A stretch of 64,000 nt of DNA from Nanobdellota archaeon (GCA_021791655.1 JAJYWD010000001.1:32655-96654), one strand, 5' to 3'. Positions 30,975 to 40,823 are shown, counted from the first letter of the stretch. Translations and numbers: made by a program. The notes: a model not told the origin generated them from the letters alone.

Positions 30975-31045
30975 AGCCTCTAGTGGGAATTGAACCCACG
31001 TCGCCTCATTACAAGTGAGGTGCTCTGCCACTGAGCTATGGAGGC
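30975..31045 (-). tRNA. tRNA-Thr(UGU)
   Basis: Cloverleaf with CCTCA-CTTGTAA-TGAGG anticodon arm and GTGGG-TTCAATT-CCCAC T arm; one C6-A67 acceptor mismatch. Confidence 0.93.
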
Positions 31046-31086
31046 ATAGTATCTTTTATTCCTAGGAGTCTTTATAATTTTAATCT

Positions 31087-31863
31087 ATGGACATATCAGA
31101 GCCTAAAATACCCCCCGGTACCAAGTTCGTCGACGTGCACGCCCACATAAGCGACAAGGCATTCGACGGCAGTCGCGGTGAGCTTCTTGGTAGATTGAAA
31201 GACACTGCCATCCTAGACTCCGGTGAAGACGCTGAAGAAGATGAAAAAGTGTTGGAGAACGGCAATAAATTTGTTAATCTGCGACCGTGCATAGGTCTGC
31301 ATCCCAATAAATTGGTCGGGCTGGGAAGCGAAGCCGTAGAAAAGGAATTGTCATATCTGGAAGACAACATCAGTAAGGCGTTTGCAGTGTCAGAAATCGG
31401 TCTGGATTTCAGAAACAAGGACGAGACGCAGATAAGTACGCAGATAGCCGTACTCGAGAAAATACTTGAGCTGGCCGAAAAGAACAGGAAAGTGTGCATA
31501 CTCCACAGCAGAAAATCTATAAGCGAGCTTATTCCCATCTTGATGTCGAGTTTCAAGGTTAGAGCTGTGATACATAATTTTGAGGGCGGGGTAATCCAGT
31601 ACAGAAAAGCTGTGGAAGGCGGCGTATATATTAGCATTTCTACCGGGTTCATGCGGTACAAGAAAGACAATCTGATAAAACAATTGGACCCCCACATGAT
31701 GTTCGTGGAGACGGATTCGCCAGTATTAAGTCCGGATGAAAATATGAACACTCCACTTAATATACCAAAGTTATTAAACTATATCTCCTTGCTTATTAAT
31801 ATGAACGAATCGGATCTTAGAGAGACTATGCTTGATAATTTCAAAAGAGTATTTTATGGATGA
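31087..31863 (+). CDS. tatD: TatD-family nuclease
   Basis: DVHAH, GLHP, EIGLD, LHSR, IHNF and ETDSP motifs. Confidence 0.92.
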   Translation: MDISEPKIPPGTKFVDVHAHISDKAFDGSRGELLGRLKDTAILDSGEDAEEDEKVLENGNKFVNLRPCIGLHPNKLVGLGSEAVEKELSYLEDNISKAFAVSEIGLDFRNKDETQISTQIAVLEKILELAEKNRKVCILHSRKSISELIPILMSSFKVRAVIHNFEGGVIQYRKAVEGGVYISISTGFMRYKKDNLIKQLDPHMMFVETDSPVLSPDENMNTPLNIPKLLNYISLLINMNESDLRETMLDNFKRVFYG

Positions 31864-32776
31864 AGTACTAGTTTTGGGGACTTCTTCTGCGTTTCCCACA
31901 AAAACAAGAAATCACCCTGCTGTCTACGTCTTGCTGGACGGAAAACACATTCTGCTCGACTGCGGGGAAGGAACGCAGAGACAAATAAGGCTTTCGGGTT
32001 TAAGCCCTTCACTCGATTCGGTATTTTTGACTCACTGGCATGGAGATCATTCCCTCGGTCTGGGCGGTTTAATACAGAGTCTCAATATGATGGGATCTGA
32101 CAGGGAGCTGCACGTATACGGGCCACCCGGAACCGGTAAAAGGATAAATAGGTTGTTGAAAACGTACGAATTTTATTCCAGGATAAATGTAATGGCCGTC
32201 GATATAAACGCTCCGAAGGAGAGACGCATAGCGTCATTCCCAACACACGATATATTTTCAATCAATGTAAAACACGTTGTAAAGTGCCTTGGTTACAAGG
32301 TGAAAGAAAAAGACACGCTAAATATAAGAGAGGATCTGCTAGTCAAGTACAAAATCAAGAGTGGGCCTTTCTTGAAGAAGCTAAAGGCTGGGAAAAATGT
32401 AGTTTATAACGGCAAGACACTCCTATGGAAGAAGTTTACGTATCCCAAAAAAGGGAAGACTTTTGTTTATCTCACGGACTTAATCTACGACGGTAAGCTG
32501 TCAAGATTCGCTGACGGGGCCGATGCCCTTCTGATAGAATCGACATTTACATCTGATTCAGAAGATAAAGCTAGGGAATCTTTCCATCTCACGGTAAAGC
32601 AGGCTCTAGAAATAGCGAAGGCTGCCAGCGTGAAGAGACTGTATCTCACGCACATAAGTCAGAGATACGAGGATACCGATAAAATAATGAAAGATGCAAC
32701 TCATTGGAAGGAAAGGCTGAAATGTAAGTTCGATGTTTCGGTTGCACAGGATTTTACTAAGATACGCCTATCATGA
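31856..32776 (+). CDS. rnz: Ribonuclease Z
   Basis: LGTSS..PT..RN, DCGEGTQRQ, HWHGDH, flexible arm (GP...KLK.G), ESTF and LTHISQRY. Confidence 0.93.
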   Translation: MDEVLVLGTSSAFPTKTRNHPAVYVLLDGKHILLDCGEGTQRQIRLSGLSPSLDSVFLTHWHGDHSLGLGGLIQSLNMMGSDRELHVYGPPGTGKRINRLLKTYEFYSRINVMAVDINAPKERRIASFPTHDIFSINVKHVVKCLGYKVKEKDTLNIREDLLVKYKIKSGPFLKKLKAGKNVVYNGKTLLWKKFTYPKKGKTFVYLTDLIYDGKLSRFADGADALLIESTFTSDSEDKARESFHLTVKQALEIAKAASVKRLYLTHISQRYEDTDKIMKDATHWKERLKCKFDVSVAQDFTKIRLS

Positions 32777-32833
32777 CAGCATAGCGCTGCGCATAAAGTA
32801 CCTAGAATCAAGTATCTCATTTATCAACAACTC

Positions 32834-32850
32834 GCGACTTAATAAGTCGC
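32834..32850. promoter_or_regulatory. Perfect inverted repeat upstream of ndk-ndk-dcd
   Basis: GCGACTTA-A-TAAGTCGC. Confidence 0.3.
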
Positions 32851-32911
32851 TGCACGCATTTAGAAATAAAAGATAAGATTAAATATGCCACAGTATTATA
32901 ATAAAAATAAT

Positions 32912-33502
32912 ATGCAGCTAGAACGCACATTGGTCGTTGTTAAACCTGACGGCGTAAAGAGGAGACTCATCGGTAAGATAATCCAGAGACTAGAAGAGGC
33001 GGGTTTAAAACTGGTTGCTCTAAAGATGTTTACGCCGTCGGTAGACCTTGTAAAAAGTAACTATCCCGAAAGCGATGAATGGTTTAAGAAGGCTGGAGAC
33101 AGAAGTATAAACACTTTCAAGGAGATGGGCGTGAATATAGAGCAGAAATTCGGCACTGATAATCCAATAGAAGTCGGTAAAATAATAAAGAAGTGGATAG
33201 TACGATTTATGACCTCTGGGAATGTAGTGGCTATGGTTTGGGAAGGAAACAGGGCGGCAGATAACGTCAGGCGTTTGATAGGCGAGACAGATCCGTTAAA
33301 GGCGCAGCCTGGAACCATAAGGGGGGATTTTTCGGTGGATAACGTCATACTGGGAAACAGTTCGAATAGACCTATGGCAAATGTCGTTCACGCTTCTGGC
33401 AATAGAGAAGAGGCACTAACCGAGATTCCACTGTGGTTTAAGTCGGAGGAGATTCTCAGATACACGCGGGAAGGGGAGGATGCATTTTACAAGCAATGGT
33501 AA
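32912..33502 (+). CDS. ndk: Nucleoside-diphosphate kinase (long-insert type)
   Basis: ERTLV.VKPDGV.R.L.G.II.R.E, R...G.T.P..A.PGTIRGDF and NVVHASG. Confidence 0.93.
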   Translation: MQLERTLVVVKPDGVKRRLIGKIIQRLEEAGLKLVALKMFTPSVDLVKSNYPESDEWFKKAGDRSINTFKEMGVNIEQKFGTDNPIEVGKIIKKWIVRFMTSGNVVAMVWEGNRAADNVRRLIGETDPLKAQPGTIRGDFSVDNVILGNSSNRPMANVVHASGNREEALTEIPLWFKSEEILRYTREGEDAFYKQW

Positions 33503-34029
33503 CTTCAGAAAAAACGTTCGTGATGATAAAACCCGATGCAATTTCTCGAGGATTGGTGGGTGAGATAGTGGGGCGTTTCGAGCGTGCAGGCCTAAATATA
33601 ATAAAGATGAACATGGTACGGCTCGAAAGAGTGAAAGCAGAAGCTCTCTATCAATCTGATGAAGCGTGGCTTAACATGCTGACTTCTAAGGCTAAAGAAG
33701 CATTCGAAGCAGTCGGTGATAAGCTTGAGATAGGAGATACACTTACTTACGGTAAGCAGATAAGGGCGTGGCTCATAGATTATGTCACCTCAGGGCCAGT
33801 AATTCTCATGGTAATAGAAGCGACTAAAGCAGTATCTGTTGTCAGAAAGCTCGTAGGTTCAACAGACGCGTCAATTGCTGCGGCTGGAACGGTAAGGGGA
33901 GATTTGTGTAGCGATTCGCTTTATGTAGCAAATGTAGAAAAGCGCGCTATAAAGACGCTACTTCATGCCTCTGGTAACCTAAAGGAAGCGAAAAGGGAAA
34001 TCTCCTTGATGTTCGGAGACCCTGTATAA
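33496..34029 (+). CDS. ndk: Nucleoside-diphosphate kinase paralog
   Basis: EKTFVMIKPDA..RGL.GEI..RFE, GTVRGD and TLLHASG (catalytic His kept; conserved Asn replaced by Thr). Confidence 0.88.
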   Translation: MVTSEKTFVMIKPDAISRGLVGEIVGRFERAGLNIIKMNMVRLERVKAEALYQSDEAWLNMLTSKAKEAFEAVGDKLEIGDTLTYGKQIRAWLIDYVTSGPVILMVIEATKAVSVVRKLVGSTDASIAAAGTVRGDLCSDSLYVANVEKRAIKTLLHASGNLKEAKREISLMFGDPV

Positions 34030-34036
34030 ACAGCTT

Positions 34037-34573
34037 ATGGTTATAGGAACGGAAGAGTTACTGAAACTCGTCAGAGAAAATAAGCTTGTTGAGAATCTTT
34101 CTGAAAGAGAGTTAACTAATCCAGAGGGCGCGGGTCTTGAGGTAAGAGTTGGTGAGATTTATGCCTTAAGCGATAGTACGGCATTTCTTGGCGTTATCGA
34201 GCGACAGACGCCTGAAATAAAACTTATTGCTAAATATGGGGTACAAAAAGATTACGTTCTGGAACCAAATGAGTACGTTCTGATAAAGACAATCGAGAAA
34301 GTAAATCTTCCAAAAGAAATACAGGGCCTTACAATGCCACGCAGCACTCTTCAGCGGTGTGGAATCATACTGATCAGCACGCAGATGGATCCAGGTTACT
34401 CGGGAGAGCTAACGTTCGGAATGAAAAACCTGGGCGGAAATAAATTCCGCTTGGAACTTGGTGCAAGAGTGGCAAAACTGCTTTTTGTCAAAGTAGATGG
34501 TTCTGCAAATCTATACCGCGGGCAATGGAAAGGCGGCAGGGTTTCAACTGACGGTCGCGAAAAACAGGTTTGA
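34037..34573 (+). CDS. dcd: dCTP deaminase / trimeric dUTPase family protein
   Basis: T.E.V.LP, PRSTL.R.G, DPGY.G.L and Y.GQW. Confidence 0.82.
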   Translation: MVIGTEELLKLVRENKLVENLSERELTNPEGAGLEVRVGEIYALSDSTAFLGVIERQTPEIKLIAKYGVQKDYVLEPNEYVLIKTIEKVNLPKEIQGLTMPRSTLQRCGIILISTQMDPGYSGELTFGMKNLGGNKFRLELGARVAKLLFVKVDGSANLYRGQWKGGRVSTDGREKQV

Positions 34574-34629
34574 CAGTCCATTATCGAAATACGTTTATAA
34601 ATAAATTATGACTTTAATCATTTGTCGTT

Positions 34630-35670
34630 ATGAATGCTATTTCGGTTGCTGTAATAGGCCCGTACAAGTCAGGAAAAACGTCTCTAGTGAATAAGCTCCA
34701 GCAGAGGAAAGAGCAGCGCAGGGAAGTAGAAGGGGACGTTTCGTTCTTTAGCTTTAGGTACGGGGGGAGGGACGTCAATCTTATAGATACGCCAGGAGAC
34801 GTAGATGCGCCTACGCTTATAGCGTCTTCATTATGTATTTCCGATGCGGTCATGCTGTGTATAGCTGCAGATTCCGGCATAAATTTTCAACTAGGGGAGC
34901 TTGTGGTTCTTACGGATTCTCTGCGCATAAAAAATGGTTTGGTGTGCATGACAAAAGTTGATACAGCCACCGCCGCCGACATAGACAAGATCAAATCCAA
35001 CCTATCCCTGCTCTTTAAGGGCACCACGCTCGAAAGTTTCGCAATAATCGAAACTAATATAAACAACGACCAGACCATCGCTGACTTGCGTGCAAAGATA
35101 GCCGGGTTTTCTTATGACCAAAGCAAGATTTCTATGCCATTTAGACTTGCGATAGACGGCGCGTTCGAGTCAAAAGGATCCACGATAGCGGTGGGCACCC
35201 TGCTCAGCGGCAAGATAAGTATTCATACCGATGCAATCATAGCGCCCACTCCATTTACGAAGGAAATCTCTCTTAGTTCTGTTCAAGTAAACCAAGCCGA
35301 TGTTCAATCGGCGGAAGCGGGTGACAGAGCCAGTGTTGCGCTGAAAGGGGTGTGGCCGTGGGATTTGCCGCGCGGTGTGGAGATAAGACAGCCTAAAAGT
35401 TTTAAGGATTTGAAGAGCGGAACCATAAGAGCGAATGTAAACAAGTTGTATAAATTTGATATAAGTGACGGTTCTAGATTTACTTTGGTGTGCAACTGGC
35501 AGAGCACAGAGATTACATTATCAGCTGTAAAACGCGAAGGAAATCAGTTGACTGCAAACTTCGCGTCGGAAAAGAACATATGCTTTGACGTAAATGACAG
35601 AATGATACTAATAAACAAGGACCTACCAATACGTACTCTGCGGGTCATAGGCAGGGCAGAAGCTCTTTAG
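34630..35670 (+). CDS. SelB-like/EF-Tu-like translational GTPase
   Basis: GPYKSGKTS, DTPG and TKVD G motifs followed by an EF-Tu domain II pattern (IDGAF..KG...GT..SG, SVQ..Q.DV..A.AGDR...ALK). Confidence 0.75.
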   Translation: MNAISVAVIGPYKSGKTSLVNKLQQRKEQRREVEGDVSFFSFRYGGRDVNLIDTPGDVDAPTLIASSLCISDAVMLCIAADSGINFQLGELVVLTDSLRIKNGLVCMTKVDTATAADIDKIKSNLSLLFKGTTLESFAIIETNINNDQTIADLRAKIAGFSYDQSKISMPFRLAIDGAFESKGSTIAVGTLLSGKISIHTDAIIAPTPFTKEISLSSVQVNQADVQSAEAGDRASVALKGVWPWDLPRGVEIRQPKSFKDLKSGTIRANVNKLYKFDISDGSRFTLVCNWQSTEITLSAVKREGNQLTANFASEKNICFDVNDRMILINKDLPIRTLRVIGRAEAL

Positions 35671-35674
35671 TCAT

Positions 35675-36329
35675 ATGATGAATGGGCTGCTATCTTCCCT
35701 CAAACCAGACGCGGTAGCACGGCGTTACGTGGGCGCTAGAGTCATAAGGACTCTGCTCGATGTGGACATTAAAATAGTCCATTTTGAAGAGATAAATGTG
35801 ATGAGACAATTTGCAGAATAAAAGCATTACGCGCATATAAGAGATAAACCTTATTTCAGGCGGAGCGTTGATTTTCTTGGCCCCTCTTCGATTTCCGAGG
35901 CTGTTATAGAGGACGAGGATCTAATAAATAAAGTGCGAGTTGCCTTGGGAGTGTAATCGTATAGAAGGCCGATAAAGGCACAATACGAGAACGGTACAGT
36001 GCATACGCAAGAGTGAATGTGGCATACGCGTCTGACTCTGCTGCGGGCGCAGAAAGAGAGTTGACACTATGGGGCCCCTAATGCGAACTTCTAATCTTAA
36101 CTACGAAGAAAAGGCCGAAGAATTTGTATCTAAATACATAGACTACCTGATGGTGGATTCACTCAGGTATCGTGAAGTATCAGAAGCCATACGGGCGGGA
36201 GATATCGCTACTGATTTAGAGCATAACCTATTCGTTAGATTCTTAGAGGGGGAGAGCGACCTCCACCCAACGACTTTGGAGAGAGTAGCAGAAGGATTAG
36301 TTGACAATTGCAGATTGCAACATCAGTGA
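35675..36329 (+). pseudogene. ndk: Degraded nucleoside-diphosphate kinase with C-terminal extension
   Basis: Translates as LKPDAVARRYVG...FAE*KHYAHIRDKPYF...KVRVALGV* then frameshifts to ADKGTIRERY...NVAYASDS..GAEREL.LW; stops at 35819 and 35954, catalytic His read as Tyr. Confidence 0.8.
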
Positions 36330-36411
36330 ATAGATACAAAATACTGGTAGCAAAGCACGGATGTTATGCTTTTATTTTATTCCCTTCTATGAAGAGTAAA
36401 GGGTGATTATT

Positions 36412-38139
36412 ATGATTGATAAAATTAGGTCCCCCATATGTACTTTCTTGGGACACGTAGACGCGGGAAAGACCAGCGTAATGGACGCTATAAGAAACAC
36501 GTATTTCGCTTACAAGGAAAGCGGAGGATTGACGCAGAACATAGGTTTGACGGAAGTTCCTACGGAGAAGATAAAGGAAATAGCCGGTGAACTGCTTTCT
36601 AAATTCAAAGTCGAGGTAAAAGTGCCCAGCATCATCTTCATAGACTCTCCCGGTCATGAGGCTTTTGTTACCCTGCGTGAGAGGGGCGCATCCATCGCTG
36701 ATTTGGTGATATTAGTAATCGACGTAAGCGAAGGCATACAAAAGCAAACCATAGAATCCATGGAAATATTGAAATCGTACAAGACCCCATTTTTGGTTGC
36801 TCTTACGAAGATAGACACGATCGAAGGATTTACAAAAGTGGAAAACAAGCCGTTTTTAGAATTCTTGAACGGACAGGACAAAAAATTCTCAGAAGCATTG
36901 GATAAAGCCGTTTATGACCTGGTTTCTGACTTCTCAAACTACGCCTTTCAAGCAGAACGCTTTGATCGTGTTTCTGACTTTACCAAACAGGTTGCAATAA
37001 TACCGGTATCAGCCGTGAATAATGTCGGTATAGAGGATTTGCTTGTGATGATAATCGGACTTAGCCAGAAGTACATAAACCCCATAGAGAGTGGTAGAAA
37101 CGAGGCCGCTATACTGGAGGAGAAGCCTCTAAGGGGCGTAGGAAAGGTGTACGATGCTATCGTGTACTCCGGGAAACTTAGTGTTGGTGACAATGTTTTG
37201 GTTCATACGTACGAGGGGGTAGCCGCCACAAGAGTAAAGATGCTTATGGAGCTGGAACCTTTGGTAGAGAGCAGGGAAAATTTCGGTGAATACCGTTCTG
37301 TTAAGTCTGTGCCCGCAGCTAAGCCGATAAGACTGGTGTTACAAGAGCCTGTAGCTTTGATAGGCACGTCCGTATCAGTTTTTTCGAGCGAAAAGGAGCG
37401 GGCGGAAAAAGAGATGGAAATGAAGACCATGATTAGTAGCATGTCCGCTAGCGATTCCTCGGGTGTTGTTGTGTGTGCGGATTCGATAGGCAGTACCGAT
37501 GCTATAACCAAGATAGCTGCTTTGAATGCAATGAAAGTTGGTAAGACAAAACTAGGCGAGCCTACAAAAGGCGAAATATCCGCCGCTAAACTGGATGAGA
37601 AACTGGTCCTATGCTTTAATGTCCCGGTTCAGAAGAGTATAAGCGAACTCGCCATGTCAGAAGGCGTTACGATAATCCAGAGTAAATCCATATACGATCT
37701 TTTCGAAAGATACAAGGAATTTATTTCGGTAAGAAAGCACGATGAACTAGAAGAAAAGACCGCGGGGCTTCTGTTGCCCGCTAAAATAGTATTTCTTAAA
37801 GGCAATATCTTTCGGAAGTCTGACCCGTGTATCTTCGGTATAGAAGTTCTTGGGGGGGAGATACGACCAGGGTATCCTCTTATTAACGCTGATGGTACCA
37901 AACTCGGAAGGATAATAGAAATACAGGGGGAAAAGAAGAAACTTATGAGGTCATTTAAGGGAGACAAAGTAGCTATAAGCGTGGCCTCGGCGGTTTATGG
38001 CAGGAATCTGCGGGAACAGGACGTGCTCTATACCGACATGGGAGTACAAGATATAATTAAGTTCGGAGATATAGAAACTATGCTACATAGTGATTATGCC
38101 GATGTTGAGGCCGAAATACGGCGAATAAAGAAGCTTTAA
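36412..38139 (+). CDS. infB: Translation initiation factor aIF5B/IF-2
   Basis: RSPI...LGHVDAGKTS, ESGGLTQ.IG, DSPGHEAF..LR.RG and TKID. Confidence 0.96.
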   Translation: MIDKIRSPICTFLGHVDAGKTSVMDAIRNTYFAYKESGGLTQNIGLTEVPTEKIKEIAGELLSKFKVEVKVPSIIFIDSPGHEAFVTLRERGASIADLVILVIDVSEGIQKQTIESMEILKSYKTPFLVALTKIDTIEGFTKVENKPFLEFLNGQDKKFSEALDKAVYDLVSDFSNYAFQAERFDRVSDFTKQVAIIPVSAVNNVGIEDLLVMIIGLSQKYINPIESGRNEAAILEEKPLRGVGKVYDAIVYSGKLSVGDNVLVHTYEGVAATRVKMLMELEPLVESRENFGEYRSVKSVPAAKPIRLVLQEPVALIGTSVSVFSSEKERAEKEMEMKTMISSMSASDSSGVVVCADSIGSTDAITKIAALNAMKVGKTKLGEPTKGEISAAKLDEKLVLCFNVPVQKSISELAMSEGVTIIQSKSIYDLFERYKEFISVRKHDELEEKTAGLLLPAKIVFLKGNIFRKSDPCIFGIEVLGGEIRPGYPLINADGTKLGRIIEIQGEKKKLMRSFKGDKVAISVASAVYGRNLREQDVLYTDMGVQDIIKFGDIETMLHSDYADVEAEIRRIKKL

Positions 38140-38843
38140 AGCCAGTTCTTCTGCGCGAATTCGTACAGTTCTAGCGTGTCACACTGCAACAGTCTGCCTT
38201 TGCACACAACCGCGTTTAAACTCCCATCCTTTATGAGAACAGGGAAAATCTCCTTCTCAAGAGAGTGGTGCCCAGCAGGTATATAATCAAATACGCGTGG
38301 ACTAAGCATCATTACCCCCGCGTTTATTAGGTGTGAACCGATGTCTTCTTTCGGCTTCTCAACGAATTTCGTTATCCTCTTTCCGTCCAAGAACGCAACT
38401 CCGTATCTCGAAGTGTCCTCCACGCTTATCAAGCCCATAGTTCCTATCGGCTTATACGTTTTGTGTTCGGTGTATATGCCGGAGATATCAAAATCAAACA
38501 GGGTGTCCCCATTAACGAAAAAGAAGTCTTCGTCAAAATTTTCCCTGGCAAGCTTAAGCGCCCCGGCCGTACCCAGTGCTATTTGTTCCATAGAATACTT
38601 TATGTCGACACCAAGAGAGCTCCCGTCCTTGAAATATTTTTCTATTTTATCGCCGAAGTAACCGATCCCTATTACTATGTCTGTCAATCCTTGGGATTTT
38701 AGCTGCATTATAACGTGCTCCAAAATCGGTTTTCCATTTATTGGCATCATAGGTTTGGGCGTTTCTAGGGTGAATGGTTTGAGTCTAGTGCCTAACCCGC
38801 CCGCAAGCAGAAAGACCTTGGCGTTAAGTTTCTCGCTGTTCAT
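38136..38843 (-). CDS. Sugar-phosphate nucleotidyltransferase
   Basis: LAGGLGTRL.P.T...PKP, LGTAGAL, NGD, YG, F.EKP and INAG. Confidence 0.9.
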   Translation of the reverse strand: MNSEKLNAKVFLLAGGLGTRLKPFTLETPKPMMPINGKPILEHVIMQLKSQGLTDIVIGIGYFGDKIEKYFKDGSSLGVDIKYSMEQIALGTAGALKLARENFDEDFFFVNGDTLFDFDISGIYTEHKTYKPIGTMGLISVEDTSRYGVAFLDGKRITKFVEKPKEDIGSHLINAGVMMLSPRVFDYIPAGHHSLEKEIFPVLIKDGSLNAVVCKGRLLQCDTLELYEFAQKNWL

Positions 38844-38876
38844 GCGATAGTTAGCGTAATGCGCGATTAAAAATCC

Positions 38877-40043
38877 TTATGCGCGTCTTTTTCCCCGTCT
38901 TACCGCAGTATCAAGGTTTTTATCAAACAGTGTTATGAACTTTGCGTCGTCATATCTCGGCGATTTCAAAGCCCCTGCCACCAACCGCTTGTAAAGCCTT
39001 TTGTCTAACACTTTCTCCATAGCCGATGCGATGCTATCGGGGTCGTCGTTTACCAGTAGTCCGTTTGTACCGTTTTTTATGAACTCACGTGGTCCGCCCT
39101 CATTTATGCATATGACTGGTTTACCGTATGCGAGGGATTCCAGCGGAACGAATCCAGTGTCTTCATTAAACGCGAGAAACAGCGTAGCGTAGCATTCTCT
39201 ATATAGTCTCGAAACCATTTTATCGTCTATGTTTTTCATCACTATTACGCTGTTATCACCCGCGGACAGCTCTTTTATCCGTTCAAAGTAGCCCTCGTCC
39301 TCTGCAAATCCGCTAAGAACAAGCTTGAATCCCCTGCTTTTGAGACTAGACGCTTTAAACGCAGAGATAGCCAGATCCTGCCTTTTGTAGTCGATATATC
39401 TGCTGTTATAAAGCAAGAACTTCTTGGTCGTTTTCGACCTTGAAACGCGAGTGTAGTTTATGTGCGGTCTATCTTTCAGTATGTGCGATGCGTCGATAAG
39501 CCCGGCAGCGAGAAGGCGTTTCTTGACCTCTTCGCTGTGTACGAATGCAAAATCTACCTTTTTCCAAGCCGCTCGCTCAAGAAGCCTGTATACACTTACG
39601 AATAAAGGCAGCTCAATTTTGTACGCTAAACTTTGCTTCTTGTAATAATCGTACATATTATGGGCTATTCTTAATGGTGTGTGAGTCATGGCTATAGTAA
39701 CGATTTTGCTAACGTCCCTGTTTAATAGTATAAGTTCGGATATGCCGGCCGTCGATATTACTAAGGCATCATACCTAGACAAATCAATGTTAGCAGAGCG
39801 CGAGTCCTTTAGGAACAGCGCCCCCCTCAATATCAATGAGCGTCTTACCTTTTTGCCGTAATCGGTAATCTTGAATCTCTTGTATTCATCGAATGTAAGA
39901 CTCTGGTTAAACGAAAGGGTATAAACGTCTATGTCGTGTCTGCTTCCCTTTAATAGGGCTAAAATCGTACGTTCTATTCCGCCCTTACTTTTTATCCAGG
40001 GCACGAAAAGCGCCACCCGCAACTTCTTTTTAATCATATGCAC
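38877..40043 (-). CDS. Glycosyltransferase family 4
   Basis: GGIER, R...YKR and EDTG..PLES.A.GKPVI...GGP.E motifs. Confidence 0.9.
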   Translation of the reverse strand: MHMIKKKLRVALFVPWIKSKGGIERTILALLKGSRHDIDVYTLSFNQSLTFDEYKRFKITDYGKKVRRSLILRGALFLKDSRSANIDLSRYDALVISTAGISELILLNRDVSKIVTIAMTHTPLRIAHNMYDYYKKQSLAYKIELPLFVSVYRLLERAAWKKVDFAFVHSEEVKKRLLAAGLIDASHILKDRPHINYTRVSRSKTTKKFLLYNSRYIDYKRQDLAISAFKASSLKSRGFKLVLSGFAEDEGYFERIKELSAGDNSVIVMKNIDDKMVSRLYRECYATLFLAFNEDTGFVPLESLAYGKPVICINEGGPREFIKNGTNGLLVNDDPDSIASAMEKVLDKRLYKRLVAGALKSPRYDDAKFITLFDKNLDTAVRRGKRRA

Positions 40044-40717
40044 ACCGCACTGAATACATTGTAGTTTCCTGCTACTATGTACACATGGTACTGCGACGCA
40101 GATTGGCTTAGCGACAAGCTACCGGAGTAGGTTCCAGAAGTGGATGCCTCCCGCTGGCTACCGGCAAATGTACCGCCCGCGGTATAAGCTGAGATATTAA
40201 AGGTAACATCCTTCACCAGTATGTCATTCACGCTCAGGAACTGCAGGTCGTAATTTAGCGCGCTTCCGCTAACAGAATATGACGCATTTATGAATGCGAG
40301 TGGGGCGTCTATCCAGTTCTGCACTGTAAGATTATCCTCGTAGAGTGCAGCTTTAGCGTAGAATGTGTACAATCCTGGCAACAGTGGTAGAACGCCACTT
40401 ATGTTTACTGTGGTCGGCCTTATAGAGGAAGTAGTATCACTGCCAATCTTTACAAATTTACCGCAGAATAGAGAGTTAGTATAGTTTATTGTTCCCACCT
40501 TTACCTGAAATGCGATGCTGGAGCCCAATCCCTGCGACGCTACGTAATCGGCTTCCGTCGCTATCTGGCCCACAGCAGTGTCATATGAAGCATATGTTAC
40601 CCCGCTGCTGTATGCGTAATAGTATACGACTGCAAATACCACAAGTGCGAAAACTATAAACATAGCTATGCCTGTTATAACCAAATACTCAGTTGAGAAT
40701 TGTGCCCCTTTATCCAT
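40034..40717 (-). CDS. Class III signal-peptide (pilin-like) protein
   Basis: MDKGA|QFSTEYL followed by a long hydrophobic helix and an S/T-rich beta domain. Confidence 0.8.
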   Translation of the reverse strand: MDKGAQFSTEYLVITGIAMFIVFALVVFAVVYYYAYSSGVTYASYDTAVGQIATEADYVASQGLGSSIAFQVKVGTINYTNSLFCGKFVKIGSDTTSSIRPTTVNISGVLPLLPGLYTFYAKAALYEDNLTVQNWIDAPLAFINASYSVSGSALNYDLQFLSVNDILVKDVTFNISAYTAGGTFAGSQREASTSGTYSGSLSLSQSASQYHVYIVAGNYNVFSAVCI

Positions 40718-40823
40718 AGCTGTAGCAATAACAGAAATAATATGTGTGTAGATTTAAAGCGAAGCACGTCGTTTATTAGCACAAAGTAACAGTGGCCCGC
40801 TCGAAAACACTAAAATAGAAAGC

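Noticed and set aside
30957..31031. N-terminal extension of the HAD ORF in the track
   Set aside because: It runs through tRNA-Thr(UGU); the HAD motif begins right after ATG 30956.
36069..36329. Stand-alone 86-aa ORF
   Set aside because: It is the C-terminal remnant of the ndk pseudogene and has no ATG/GTG/TTG at the called start.
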